From an uncultured virus (IMG/VR IMGVR_UViG_3300011113_000755): DNA of 27,903 bases. Shown one piece after another: positions 17,211-25,339 of the stretch; the stretch's first letter is position 1; every line of letters starts with the position of its first letter. Both the position numbers and the translations under genes were made by a program. The stretch is from IMG/VR virus record IMGVR_UViG_3300011113_000755, positions 1 to 27,903 of that record; one strand, written 5' to 3'. Below the pieces are notes generated by a model that made no database searches, was not told the DNA's origin, and saw nothing but the letters and a program-made list of their open reading frames with translations.

Positions 17211-17444
17211 ATGCTTAACGCTCCCAAGGCTGTAGACAAGCTGCCCTTGCTTGAACATAATGGCGTGGAGATTCAGCCGATTCTTCACTACGGTTTCTCC
17301 TCTCCGAAGAAAGGGCCGCAACCAGCGGCCCGTACTCTCTACGGAGCAAAAGATGGCAATGGAGAACGCCATTGGCGTTCTAGCCTAGATGAAATCAAGC
17401 AATTGATTGATAAAGGCTTTGCCATTGATAATCCAGAACAGTGA
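17211..17444 (+). CDS. Hypothetical protein
   Basis: ATG ORF of 77 aa that starts a gene chain. Confidence 0.7.
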   Translation: MLNAPKAVDKLPLLEHNGVEIQPILHYGFSSPKKGPQPAARTLYGAKDGNGERHWRSSLDEIKQLIDKGFAIDNPEQ

Positions 17445-17599
17445 AGAATTTTTCGCCTGATGAACTAGAGCGTTTAATTGACGCCAAAATTCGTCAGCAC
17501 GAAATTAGAGTGGCTCTCACTAGCGGCGCTATAGGCGCCGCTTTATTTGCCGGCATTTTTCATGCCATTGCATTGTTGCGTTATGACCTTCATGCCTGA
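17441..17599 (+). CDS. Small membrane protein (52 aa)
   Basis: GTGA overlap; IRQHEIRVAL followed by a hydrophobic segment. Confidence 0.55.
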   Translation: MKNFSPDELERLIDAKIRQHEIRVALTSGAIGAALFAGIFHAIALLRYDLHA

Positions 17600-17765
17600 C
17601 CAGCCAGCGTCGCCGTTCTTGTCTGATGAAGAATGGAAGGAACTTTGCTCCTTAAAAGAAGCCATTGATTGCTACCCGGCGGCTGTAGCTGCCTCCAAAA
17701 TGGAACGTTTCACTGAATTGTTTGTAAGGACGCTGGAGGGAAAGGGAGATACAATGCGAGGATAG
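17592..17765 (+). CDS. Hypothetical protein
   Basis: LSDEEWKEL..LKEAI...PAAVAASKMERFTELFV. Confidence 0.6.
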   Translation: MPDQPASPFLSDEEWKELCSLKEAIDCYPAAVAASKMERFTELFVRTLEGKGDTMRG

Positions 17766-17779
17766 TTATCTTCTCCTGC

Positions 17780-18532
17780 ATGGCACGTCCAGAAATTAGT
17801 TTCAGCACGCCAGAAGAAGAGCAAGAATATGCTCGTAAAGCATTAACAAAAGCTGGTATTTCTGAACATCAGTTTGAATCTATTCGTGATATGAAATCGA
17901 CTGGTGGCACTGGTGCCACTGGCTATAGCAAAGAAATGCTTGGTCTTAGGCGATGGATGGTTCAGGAACTCCTCGCCGCGTCAATGAGCAATCGACAGAT
18001 TGCGAACGTCTTAAAGCTCAGTAAAGAAACTGTCAATGGCGATAGGAAATTTAATCGCCTGCTCTACACGGAAGAAATCCTGAAAAATCAGGATACGCAT
18101 CGGGCACGGCTGCTTAAGGAACAGATGGACCTTAAGGAAATGGCTCTGCAAAGTTTTGAAGCCAGCAAGCGCAGGCGCACGATCATTACGAATGACGACG
18201 GTTCTGGTAATGACAAGCAAACCATCAAAATTGAAGAAAGTGCTGGTGATGCATCGTTCTTGAACGTAGCCAAGAGCAGTCTGGTTGAACAGGCTAAGCT
18301 GCTTGGCCTGAACGAGGCCAAGCCCGTCGAGCAGCAAGACACTTCCTACAGGAAATTCTTGCAAGACCTTTCCTCAACCATTGAAAAAGAAAAAGAAGCT
18401 AAAGCTACGGAAGAGCGTAGGGAGCATGCCCTCCCCGCTTCAGCTCAGACCATTAGTTTTGAGCCTGATCAAGAGCAGGAAGCATGGCCTGAAACAGTGC
18501 CTTTACAAACAATTAACGAAGACGACTATTGA
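17780..18532 (+). CDS. HTH DNA-binding protein, terminase small subunit-like
   Basis: HTH MSNRQIANVLKLSKETVNGD, helical middle, GDASFL...QAKLLGL motif. Confidence 0.6.
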   Translation: MARPEISFSTPEEEQEYARKALTKAGISEHQFESIRDMKSTGGTGATGYSKEMLGLRRWMVQELLAASMSNRQIANVLKLSKETVNGDRKFNRLLYTEEILKNQDTHRARLLKEQMDLKEMALQSFEASKRRRTIITNDDGSGNDKQTIKIEESAGDASFLNVAKSSLVEQAKLLGLNEAKPVEQQDTSYRKFLQDLSSTIEKEKEAKATEERREHALPASAQTISFEPDQEQEAWPETVPLQTINEDDY

Positions 18533-18580
18533 CAACGATGGGCAAAGGCAACAGACTATTGCCAGACGATTTTCCTTTCA

Positions 18581-19009
18581 TTGGACGATTTTTCCACAGT
18601 CAACGACTTCCTTCGCCAAACGGCCATTGCTAAGCAAGGAAAACGACTGGCTATTGCCGCCACTGTTGGCGACCATTTAAACGATCCTGGTACTGTCGGG
18701 CTACCGCCCGCCATTGCGGAGATTGTTGGTGATTTAGTGCAACAATTTGGCGATGAAGCCTATCGTCAATTGGCTTTGTTTTCTCTCGGCAAATGGTTTG
18801 AACATCACATTCATACCATCGACCAGCTTTTTCAAAAAGACAACACCGAAGGTGCTTGTTCAGCATTAATGGACGCCACTCGCATTTCAGACTCTCTCCA
18901 TCTCCTTTGTGAGCTTGGCAGCTTTAGTGGAGATGATGAATGGAAGCAAATGCTCAATAATGAAATCAGCCAGGCTATTTTGGAAACATTGGAAGAGGAA
19001 AACAGTTGA
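18581..19009 (+). CDS. Hypothetical protein
   Basis: 142 aa ORF with a TTG start after a pyrimidine leader and TTGACA at 18529. Confidence 0.7.
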   Translation: MDDFSTVNDFLRQTAIAKQGKRLAIAATVGDHLNDPGTVGLPPAIAEIVGDLVQQFGDEAYRQLALFSLGKWFEHHIHTIDQLFQKDNTEGACSALMDATRISDSLHLLCELGSFSGDDEWKQMLNNEISQAILETLEEENS

Positions 19010-19011
19010 TC

Positions 19012-19179
19012 ATGGCCTCATGCCGCACTTTTCTCATTGTCACTAAAGACGGCCAACGCATTGCTTTAGGCGCGATGTCGCCTAAACAAGCGGAGCATTT
19101 TCTTCATGTGATGAGGCCCGATTTAAAGGTGGCTTTAGTTGAAGAGATTAAGCCCCTGCCAGAACCTGAGGACGAATGA
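19012..19179 (+). CDS. Hypothetical protein (55 aa)
   Basis: MASCRTFLIVTKDG..., translated by hand; fills the gap and has ATGA coupling. Confidence 0.55.
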   Translation: MASCRTFLIVTKDGQRIALGAMSPKQAEHFLHVMRPDLKVALVEEIKPLPEPEDE

Positions 19180-19370
19180 CTTTTTCTTTTCATTGCAACT
19201 GCACCACTGGCCATCTTCGCATGGGAAAATTTTGTTTTCGGTGGCGCAATGCACTGCCTCGCCACTCTCTTGTTTACATTAGTCACCATGATTGGTACTA
19301 CGGTTCTTTTGGACTGACTATTATTTCCTGGGATACGCGCACCAAGACAATTGCTCGCGTAATTCATTAA
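19176..19370 (+). CDS. Hypothetical protein
   Basis: Chained ORF with coupled start and stop. Confidence 0.5.
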   Translation: MTFSFHCNCTTGHLRMGKFCFRWRNALPRHSLVYISHHDWYYGSFGLTIISWDTRTKTIARVIH

Positions 19371-19372
19371 CC

Positions 19373-19774
19373 ATGGACGAGCAGCTTTCTTTTGTTACAG
19401 GGCTTCCGCCCACTGTCAGCATTTGTATTCCGCCTGAACTAGAGCAGGATGCAAAGGCTTTGGCAGCAGAAAATCCGCCCATCCACCCCGCATGGGCTAA
19501 GGCTCATCGTAAAGGGCGGCATTTTGTCATTACCACCAATGAGCTTGATGACATTTCAGAAATTGCAGATTTTGCCCGTTGTTGCATTGAAGAGCCGGCT
19601 GAACCATTATCGAAGGCGCGTCGCCAGGCATTACAAATTCTTCTTGATCGGGCTTACAGGCATGCGGAATTAGAGCCGATGGGCCATTGCCATTGCATTG
19701 CCTCCAAATGGCGAGAGCAGCCACTGCGTACTGGCACCATGGCCAAAGGACTAAGGGGCTATAAGCGACGCTAA
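19373..19774 (+). CDS. Hypothetical protein
   Basis: ATG 19373, MDEQLSFVTG... Confidence 0.65.
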   Translation: MDEQLSFVTGLPPTVSICIPPELEQDAKALAAENPPIHPAWAKAHRKGRHFVITTNELDDISEIADFARCCIEEPAEPLSKARRQALQILLDRAYRHAELEPMGHCHCIASKWREQPLRTGTMAKGLRGYKRR

Positions 19775-19810
19775 TAGTTATTTGGCTTGACGGCAGGATC
19801 CGGCTAGGGC

Positions 19811-20185
19811 ATGATGCAGGGCGAACAGGCGAGAGCCTCTCCTCCAAAGTTTATGACCGTCAGTTTCCACCACTTCCTGCCAGACCAGCCAGTATCGGCT
19901 TTCCATGATGGCCGCATCCGCATGAGCTTTGGCTCTCCCATTGTGGAATGCTTGATTGCCGTGCCGGAGCTGCAAGGCTTCATTATGACGCTTGAGCAGG
20001 CCATTGATGACGAGCCTAGCCATGCTCAACAGCAAGCTCTACGCCACATCCTCTGCACGCTCAAGGCAACATATCAAATGCATTTGCAGCAGCATGAGGA
20101 GCTAATGAAAGACGCCCCCGTAGGGGCGGATTTTGAGGAATATATGATGAGCTATACCAAGGCTATTCAGCAAGGAGAAATTTAA
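19811..20185 (+). CDS. Hypothetical protein
   Basis: 124 aa ORF in the chain. Confidence 0.65.
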   Translation: MMQGEQARASPPKFMTVSFHHFLPDQPVSAFHDGRIRMSFGSPIVECLIAVPELQGFIMTLEQAIDDEPSHAQQQALRHILCTLKATYQMHLQQHEELMKDAPVGADFEEYMMSYTKAIQQGEI

Positions 20186-20394
20186 TGGAAGACGATATTT
20201 TTCTTAAACCTTGGCAACAGTCTTATAGCGGACAACGTTATGGAAGATTGTCTGATGCTTTTTATGATTACATTGATCATGACGAAGCGGAAGTTTTCCT
20301 CGCTGATTTGTTAAAAATGATTGATGAGGATAAAGATTTTTATCAAAAGAAAATTATGATGCTTGAAGCATTAAAAGAGAGGATAAAGCCATGA
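20185..20394 (+). CDS. Hypothetical protein
   Basis: Coupled ORF, AT-rich. Confidence 0.65.
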   Translation: MEDDIFLKPWQQSYSGQRYGRLSDAFYDYIDHDEAEVFLADLLKMIDEDKDFYQKKIMMLEALKERIKP

Positions 20395-20600
20395 GCAAGG
20401 ATTTTAATGCTCCAGATTTTGACATTCCATTTGCCATTATTAATGAATGGGAAGCATTATTAAAGAAACAAGGTGTTTGCGCTTCTTTTTATGCTGCTGC
20501 AGCATGGGGCTACAAGCGATGCATGCTCGATTATGACGCTGCTGTAGTAGCCATGGCTAAAGTTGTTCCGCCTCCTAACGACCTTGACGACAATGATTGA
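20391..20600 (+). CDS. Hypothetical protein
   Basis: ATGA-coupled ORF. Confidence 0.6.
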   Translation: MSKDFNAPDFDIPFAIINEWEALLKKQGVCASFYAAAAWGYKRCMLDYDAAVVAMAKVVPPPNDLDDND

Positions 20601-20883
20601 ACTACAAGACGAAAGCACGCTTCTGTGCCCAAACTGCAAGGGTAATTATCTGCATCAGCTTTCTGCAGAGGTTTACTTTGTTGAAGCGGAAGATTCTGAC
20701 AAGGGAAATGCTTTTGAAATTTCAAAACGCCACGTGCGCTCTGTGCCAATGATGAACAACCCAAGCTCCAGAAGAGATGGTATTCGTGTTGTTTTCCGTT
20801 GCGAATTCTGTGAAGCTTCTCCCTCTCTGACAATCGTTCAGCACAAAGGGCAAACATTCATGTCTTGGGAATCAAATGGTTGA
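20593..20883 (+). CDS. Zn-ribbon protein
   Basis: CPNC..NYLHQ...NPSSRRDGIRV.F.CEFC...QHKGQT. Confidence 0.7.
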   Translation: MIELQDESTLLCPNCKGNYLHQLSAEVYFVEAEDSDKGNAFEISKRHVRSVPMMNNPSSRRDGIRVVFRCEFCEASPSLTIVQHKGQTFMSWESNG

Positions 20884-21028
20884 AAACGATCCTCTCCTCG
20901 ACTACGACCATGACAAACGCTCCATCATGCAGTTCACTACTGCACAATTAGAAAAACGTTTGCGCTATTGGCGTGAAAGGCAAAACGAAGAAATGCTAAA
21001 ACGCTATCGCCTCATCACTTCTATTTAA
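20876..21028 (+). CDS. Hypothetical protein (50 aa)
   Basis: MVENDPLLDY...; fills the chain. Confidence 0.5.
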   Translation: MVENDPLLDYDHDKRSIMQFTTAQLEKRLRYWRERQNEEMLKRYRLITSI

Positions 21029-21030
21029 CC

Positions 21031-21222
21031 ATGCTCTGGTTCAATCGCCATAAATGTCCTCGCCCTTCCTTTAAAGACAGAGTGTTATGCTCTGAAACAA
21101 TTACGCCTAACGGTAGGCGTATTGCAGAGCAAATATTAGAAGGCGACACTCTTATCATTGAACGCCTTTGCAATATCATTGGCGAGATTGATGGTCGATC
21201 TCGTTTTCAAAAGCCCCAATAG
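21031..21222 (+). CDS. Hypothetical protein
   Basis: ATG ORF ending at a terminator. Confidence 0.55.
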   Translation: MLWFNRHKCPRPSFKDRVLCSETITPNGRRIAEQILEGDTLIIERLCNIIGEIDGRSRFQKPQ

Positions 21223-21346
21223 GGGCTTTTTTATTACGCCAACAATGGTCGCCAGGGATGGGCTCCATTCCAAATTCCCAGTCATCGTAATCCTCACCGT
21301 TCCTCAGCTCCTGAGCCAATTGCTCCACGTCAGGACGAAGCTTCAT
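21176..21346 (-). CDS. Small hypothetical protein (56 aa, DYDDWEFGMEPIPGD motif)
   Basis: ATG 21346, translated by hand; lies downstream of the candidate ncRNA and terminator. Confidence 0.5.
   Translation of the reverse strand: MKLRPDVEQLAQELRNGEDYDDWEFGMEPIPGDHCWRNKKAPIGAFENEIDHQSRQ
21209..21232. terminator. Bidirectional terminator
   Basis: AAAAGCCCC-AATA-GGGGCTTTTTT. Confidence 0.75.
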
Positions 21347-21392
21347 AAGATCCAGCTAATGCTGTATTGAGCCTAGCCAGGGATGTATAGGC

Positions 21393-21420
21393 AAAAGAAA
21401 AGGGGCCCAAAGGCCCCCTC
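21393..21420 (-). terminator. Rho-independent terminator (minus strand)
   Basis: GGGGCC-TTTG-GGCCCC-TTTTCTTTT on the minus strand. Confidence 0.75.
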
Positions 21421-21424
21421 TCTT

Positions 21425-21519
21425 GATGGTCTCCGATACCAACTTTTCCTGGCGGCGCCCTCAACGGGACAATCTTCACCAGGAGACAATGCGCCTCGCA
21501 GGGAACCATGAAGCCCCTT
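21425..21519 (-). ncRNA. Candidate structured RNA B (multi-branch)
   Basis: AUGGUUCC/GGAGACCAU closing stem, with UGCG/CGCA, CCUGGUG/CGCCAGG and GUCC/GGGC. G-U pairs favour the minus strand. An upstream TAAAGT -10 and a downstream terminator bound it. Confidence 0.5.
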
Positions 21520-21550
21520 GGCCAAACTTTACAGTCTCGCCCGCATTGTC

Positions 21551-21615
21551 GTCAGCGTCCACCCTTGCGGCCCGCCCCGAAGGACAGGAGCAGCAATTAA
21601 GCCGCTAGGACCGAC
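21551..21615 (-). ncRNA. Candidate structured RNA A (four-way junction)
   Basis: GUCGG/CUGAC and UCC/GGA closing stems enclose AGCGGC/GCUGCU, CCUGUCC-UUCG-GGGCGGG and CC-GCAA-GG. An extended -10 TGnTATGCT lies at 21626-21634. Confidence 0.5.
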
Positions 21616-21753
21616 CACTTCACAAAGCATAGCACCCAATGCGCCTGTTGCATCATTGGCCACCGTCTCGCCAGCCCCCTTGACAAACATGCGACAATAA
21701 GGAATCCGCATCAGGCGACTCGTTGCGGCCTTGCTAGTTATTTTCCCAAACGA

Positions 21754-22107
21754 ATGCTCCGTTATTTAATCCCCCTTCTGCTGCTTGGCAGCGCTCCTGC
21801 TCAAGCGGCAGTATTGTCGTGCGGCCAAGCCAGCTACTATGGCACTGCTTCAGATGGTTACGCCTGGCGTACTATGGCCAATGGCAAGCCCATGAATCCA
21901 AATGCTTTAACTACCGCTCACCCATCACTTCCTTTCGGTACGCGGCTCAAGATAACCAATCAACATAATGGCAAATCTGTCGTTCTTTTAGTGACAGATC
22001 GCGGTCCGTATGTTCAGGGCAGGATTTTAGATTTAAGCGTTGGCGCTTTTTCTAAAATTGCCAATCCACGAAGCGGAATAGTTAAAGTTTGCGCTTCAAA
22101 AGCATGA
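21754..22107 (+). CDS. rlpA: RlpA-family septal ring lytic transglycosylase (DPBB domain)
   Basis: Signal peptide; GQASYYG, ANG, TTAHPSLPFGT, TDRGPY..GRILDLS..AF. Confidence 0.88.
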   Translation: MLRYLIPLLLLGSAPAQAAVLSCGQASYYGTASDGYAWRTMANGKPMNPNALTTAHPSLPFGTRLKITNQHNGKSVVLLVTDRGPYVQGRILDLSVGAFSKIANPRSGIVKVCASKA

Positions 22108-22117
22108 GATAGGATTA

Positions 22118-22141
22118 GGGGATGGATACATCCCTTTTTTT
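22118..22141 (+). terminator. Rho-independent terminator
   Basis: GGGATG-GATA-CATCCC followed by a T-tract. Confidence 0.65.
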
Positions 22142-22762
22142 ATGGCGAAATTTGTAGTTTATGCATTTTGTCGTGAAGACAATACTTTTTATTACATCGG
22201 CAAAGGATCTAAAAAGCGTGCATATTCCAAGCGCCAACAGGGTGTAAAGCCTCCGCGTAACAAAACTAAGATTTTAATTTTACATTCTGATTTAGACGAG
22301 CAAACCGCTTTAAAATATGAACGCTTGTTGATTCAATTTTACGGGAGAAAAGACAATGGAACTGGCATTCTCCGTAACATGACCGATGGCGGCGAAGGTG
22401 TAACGGGATGGGTGCCAGACATTTCTTGGCGACAGCAAAAAAGTGAACGCATGAAGGGGAAAAATAATCCGTTCTATGGCAAAAATCATACCCAAGAGGC
22501 AAAAGACTTGATTTCCGCTAAAAATAAAGGGCAATTGCTTGGCGAACGCAATCCAATGTATGGGATAAGACTTATCGCGGAAAATAATCCCATGTATGGC
22601 CGTTCGCGTCCCGATTTGGCAGAGTTCAATAAACAAAATCCTTCCGCTCGTGGAACAAAATGGTATACAGACGGAAGCAGTGCAGTCAGATGCATTGAAG
22701 GAATGGCTCCAGAAGGGTTTTGGCTTGGACGACCCTCTGTTAAGAAATATGAAAATAAATAG
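22142..22762 (+). CDS. GIY-YIG homing endonuclease with NUMOD3-like repeats
   Basis: VVYAF...YYIGKG...RAY...E..LI..YGRKD.GTGILRN.TDGGEG; NPFYGKNHT, NPMYG x2. Confidence 0.85.
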   Translation: MAKFVVYAFCREDNTFYYIGKGSKKRAYSKRQQGVKPPRNKTKILILHSDLDEQTALKYERLLIQFYGRKDNGTGILRNMTDGGEGVTGWVPDISWRQQKSERMKGKNNPFYGKNHTQEAKDLISAKNKGQLLGERNPMYGIRLIAENNPMYGRSRPDLAEFNKQNPSARGTKWYTDGSSAVRCIEGMAPEGFWLGRPSVKKYENK

Positions 22763-22807
22763 CAAAGAAAAATCGTGATAGTAAATTACTAGCGTAATTA
22801 TTCAACC

Positions 22808-22984
22808 ATGAAAGACCTCGCTTCCTTTTGCTTCGTGACCACAGTGTTTGGCCTTGGAGCCCTTGCTATTGCAGCAGCTCCAGAAGTGATGCCAAACCAT
22901 GAGGGACTAGCCAAGTGCATGCAGCTCCACCCAGAGCGATACTGCCGCATCGCCAACGGCTTCCCCGTACCAGCCAAGCCTTAA
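22808..22984 (+). CDS. Small membrane or secreted protein (58 aa)
   Basis: Hydrophobic N-terminus followed by CMQLHPERYCRI. Confidence 0.6.
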   Translation: MKDLASFCFVTTVFGLGALAIAAAPEVMPNHEGLAKCMQLHPERYCRIANGFPVPAKP

Positions 22985-23000
22985 TCATTGCTTAATCATT

Positions 23001-23035
23001 GCCCCCTTTACAGGGGGCTTTTTCTCGGCTATCTT
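23001..23035 (+). promoter_or_regulatory. Terminator-like hairpin overlapping a sigma70 promoter
   Basis: GCCCCC-TTTACA-GGGGGC-TTTTT; TTTACA, 17 bp, TATCTT. Confidence 0.55.
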
Positions 23036-23066
23036 CACTCTGTTCCCGCTGGCGACAGCTTTCCTC

Positions 23067-23333
23067 ATGGTTCAAACTCCTTTCCTCACGGCCACGCAGC
23101 GCAGCATCTCGCGCATGGTCACCGACACCATTGGCTTCAAATGGTTTTCATACAATGCAGCAGATCGTGCTGTAGCCCATAGGCTACTTTCTGATTACGT
23201 TAAGAAAGCTCCAGAAATTCTTACGCCTGCCGAATTTAAAAAGATGATGGAAGGTAGAAAATACAAGCGCACAAAAGACTTTGTGCAAACATTAGCCGAT
23301 GCCTTGAAAGATGATATTTGGAACAAACTCTAA
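23067..23333 (+). CDS. Hypothetical protein
   Basis: 88 aa ATG ORF after the promoter. Confidence 0.65.
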   Translation: MVQTPFLTATQRSISRMVTDTIGFKWFSYNAADRAVAHRLLSDYVKKAPEILTPAEFKKMMEGRKYKRTKDFVQTLADALKDDIWNKL

Positions 23334-23426
23334 ATAATATTGGGGCAGGGCGAGGTTCTCCATTTTCCTCATCATTGCGCTCCCTGAACATGCTTGCCAC
23401 TACTCGGGCCATGTGGTGGAAGAAAG

Positions 23427-23460
23427 AACAATTGACGCGAATCAATTGTTAATTTAGCAT
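23427..23460 (+). promoter_or_regulatory. Promoter with a perfect 9-bp operator-like inverted repeat
   Basis: AACAATTGA-N6-TCAATTGTT; TTGACG, 17 bp, TAGCAT. Confidence 0.45.
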
Positions 23461-23646
23461 CTGTTCTGCAATTAAGGGTGTCGTCGAACAGTGCAGAGGG
23501 TGCCAGGGGACTGTGGCCCTACGATTGCTCTGCATCAAGCGCATGCCCGTAAGTCCCCAACCATTACGCTTTGTTACAAAGGGGCCCTCAAGGCCCCTTC
23601 TTTCGTATTATTAGCTCAAGCCGCGAGGCCTTCCTCCTTTCTCACC

Positions 23647-23925
23647 ATGGACAAAACCTCCTTCATCCGCCAGTTCATCTACGAAGCTGGCCCCTCTATT
23701 GTCTCCGTCACCTTCATAAAGGCTGACGGCACGCAGCGTCAGCTCAGCTTCAACCCTCGCGACACCAAGGAGATCAAAGGCACTGGCAAGCCTAGCCAGC
23801 TCCCCTCTATCATCCGCTGCCGTGACTTCCGCATTGCTCGCAACGAAGGGCAAGGCGCATGGCGCAGCTTTGATTGCAACCGCGTAACCAAGATCACGGC
23901 CAATGGCCGCACCGTGGCTTTCTGA
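23647..23925 (+). CDS. SH3/Sm-like beta-barrel (WYL_2/DUF2693-like) protein
   Basis: VSVTFIKADGTQR...AWRSF. Confidence 0.7.
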   Translation: MDKTSFIRQFIYEAGPSIVSVTFIKADGTQRQLSFNPRDTKEIKGTGKPSQLPSIIRCRDFRIARNEGQGAWRSFDCNRVTKITANGRTVAF

Positions 23926-23954
23926 ACCATAAGCAACGCTCATGGCTCAAGGGC

Positions 23955-24008
23955 TTGACTCTTGGGCCCCTCACCATCTAACTTTTATTTCGACGGCGCG
24001 ATTCCGTC
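23955..24008 (+). promoter_or_regulatory. Early promoter cassette with 5' hairpin
   Basis: TTGACT, 18 bp, TAACTT; GACGG-CGCGATT-CCGTC. Confidence 0.65.
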
Positions 24009-24032
24009 TCCTCGTTCCTTCTCTTCAAAATC

Positions 24033-25031
24033 ATGAGCCACCAATTCACCTCCGGCGTGTTCTGCAACGGCCAAGCCGCCTGGCACAAGCTTGGCACTGT
24101 CATTGACTTTTCCCTGCCTGCTCGCGAAGCCTTCCGCATGGCCAACGCTGATTGGCAAGTGCAGGCCCGCCCCGTCTACACCAGCGACATGCTGGAAATT
24201 CCTGGCCACAAGGCCATCACCCGCATGGACAACGGCACAGTCCTCTCCATTCAAAAGGACAGCTATAGCGTTGTTCAAAACGAACAGCTCATTCGCATGG
24301 CAGAAGCCCTGCACGAAGAAGCCACCATGGATGCAGTGGTTGTTCTGGCAGAAGGCCGCAAAGTGGCCTTCACTGCGAAAGTGAACAATGCAGAAGGCGA
24401 AGTGGTGAAAGGTGATGAAATTCACCAATATCTCGTGGGCTGCACTTCCCATGACGGTACGGTGAGCTTTCAAATTATGTTTAGCCCCATCCGAGTGGTC
24501 TGCCAGAACACTCTCTCTGCTGCCCTTGGCACCGCCCGCAACAGCAAGAACAAGCGATTCTCCATCCGCCACACCACCAACGCCAACTCTCTCATCTCCC
24601 GCCTGCCTGAACTCATCGACATGCGGCGCCAACAGTTCACTGGCGGCATGGAAGAACTGAAAGCAATGGCTGCTCGCCCCTGCACTTCGGCCCAGTTCAA
24701 GCAATACTGCGAGCAACTGTTTGCTGATCAACTGGCAGGCACCACCAATGCCGTGCGTGGCGACAGCTCTACTGCTCGCCCGAAGCGCATCGAAGACCTG
24801 CCCCTGTGGGACTCCGTTGCAAACAAATTTGAAGGGGACGGCATTGGCTTCGACATCCCTGGCGTGAAAGGCACCATGTGGGGCGCCTACCAAGCCATCA
24901 CGGAATATTTCAGCCACGAAGCGGGACGGGCCAAGGATGATACGGAGGCTGCTCGCCAGCGTCTGGAAAGCCTCTACTGGGGCAATGGAGCCACCACCAT
25001 TGCTCGCGCTCATAGCCTGGCGCTGGCTTGA
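24033..25031 (+). CDS. DUF932 (phage/plasmid-like TIGR03299) protein
   Basis: AWHKLG, ADWQV, YSVVQN, SHDGT, PIRVVCQNTL, IRHT, GTMWGAYQAITEY. Confidence 0.88.
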   Translation: MSHQFTSGVFCNGQAAWHKLGTVIDFSLPAREAFRMANADWQVQARPVYTSDMLEIPGHKAITRMDNGTVLSIQKDSYSVVQNEQLIRMAEALHEEATMDAVVVLAEGRKVAFTAKVNNAEGEVVKGDEIHQYLVGCTSHDGTVSFQIMFSPIRVVCQNTLSAALGTARNSKNKRFSIRHTTNANSLISRLPELIDMRRQQFTGGMEELKAMAARPCTSAQFKQYCEQLFADQLAGTTNAVRGDSSTARPKRIEDLPLWDSVANKFEGDGIGFDIPGVKGTMWGAYQAITEYFSHEAGRAKDDTEAARQRLESLYWGNGATTIARAHSLALA

Positions 25032-25050
25032 TAAGCAAAGGCAATGGAAA

Positions 25051-25112
25051 GGGGGCTTTACAGCCCCCGCCAAATGAACTAACTTTAGTTTCAAGAGGGC
25101 GGAGACGCCCTC
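25051..25112 (+). promoter_or_regulatory. Early promoter cassette with 5' hairpin
   Basis: GGGGGC-TTTACA-GCCCCC; 17 bp; TAACTT; GAGGGCG-GAGA-CGCCCTC. Confidence 0.65.
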
Positions 25113-25130
25113 GCCTCCTCTGAACCAACC

Positions 25131-25334
25131 ATGGACTTCCCCCAAACGCTCCGCACCTACACTGTTTCGCTCATTAATCGTTACGGCGTAGACAAACAAT
25201 ATATTGCCCATCACAACATCACCCTAGACGCCTCTAGCGAGGCTGAAGCCTGCGAGCGTGCCCTGTTCCGTTTCCCTGCCTCCTGGCACGTGGAAGTGAC
25301 TGGTGCCAAGCGTCACGAAAACGCTGGCTGGTAA
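25131..25334 (+). CDS. Hypothetical protein
   Basis: ATG ORF after a promoter cassette; DASSEAEA motif. Confidence 0.65.
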   Translation: MDFPQTLRTYTVSLINRYGVDKQYIAHHNITLDASSEAEACERALFRFPASWHVEVTGAKRHENAGW

Positions 25335-25339
25335 TCACA

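Noticed and set aside
21551-21615. tRNA gene
   Set aside because: It is cloverleaf-like but has no GTTCRA T-loop, no D-loop GG, no 7-nt anticodon loop and no CCA.
21393-21620. Hammerhead ribozyme or glnA-type riboswitch
   Set aside because: There is no CUGANGA/GAAA core, and I could not match the glutamine-riboswitch consensus by eye.
22142-22762. Group I intron around the GIY-YIG gene
   Set aside because: The flanking genes are intact and the flanks (about 35-45 bp) are too short for an intron core.
23985-25214. 409-aa minus-strand ORF
   Set aside because: It is the antisense shadow of the DUF932 gene and has no recognisable motifs.
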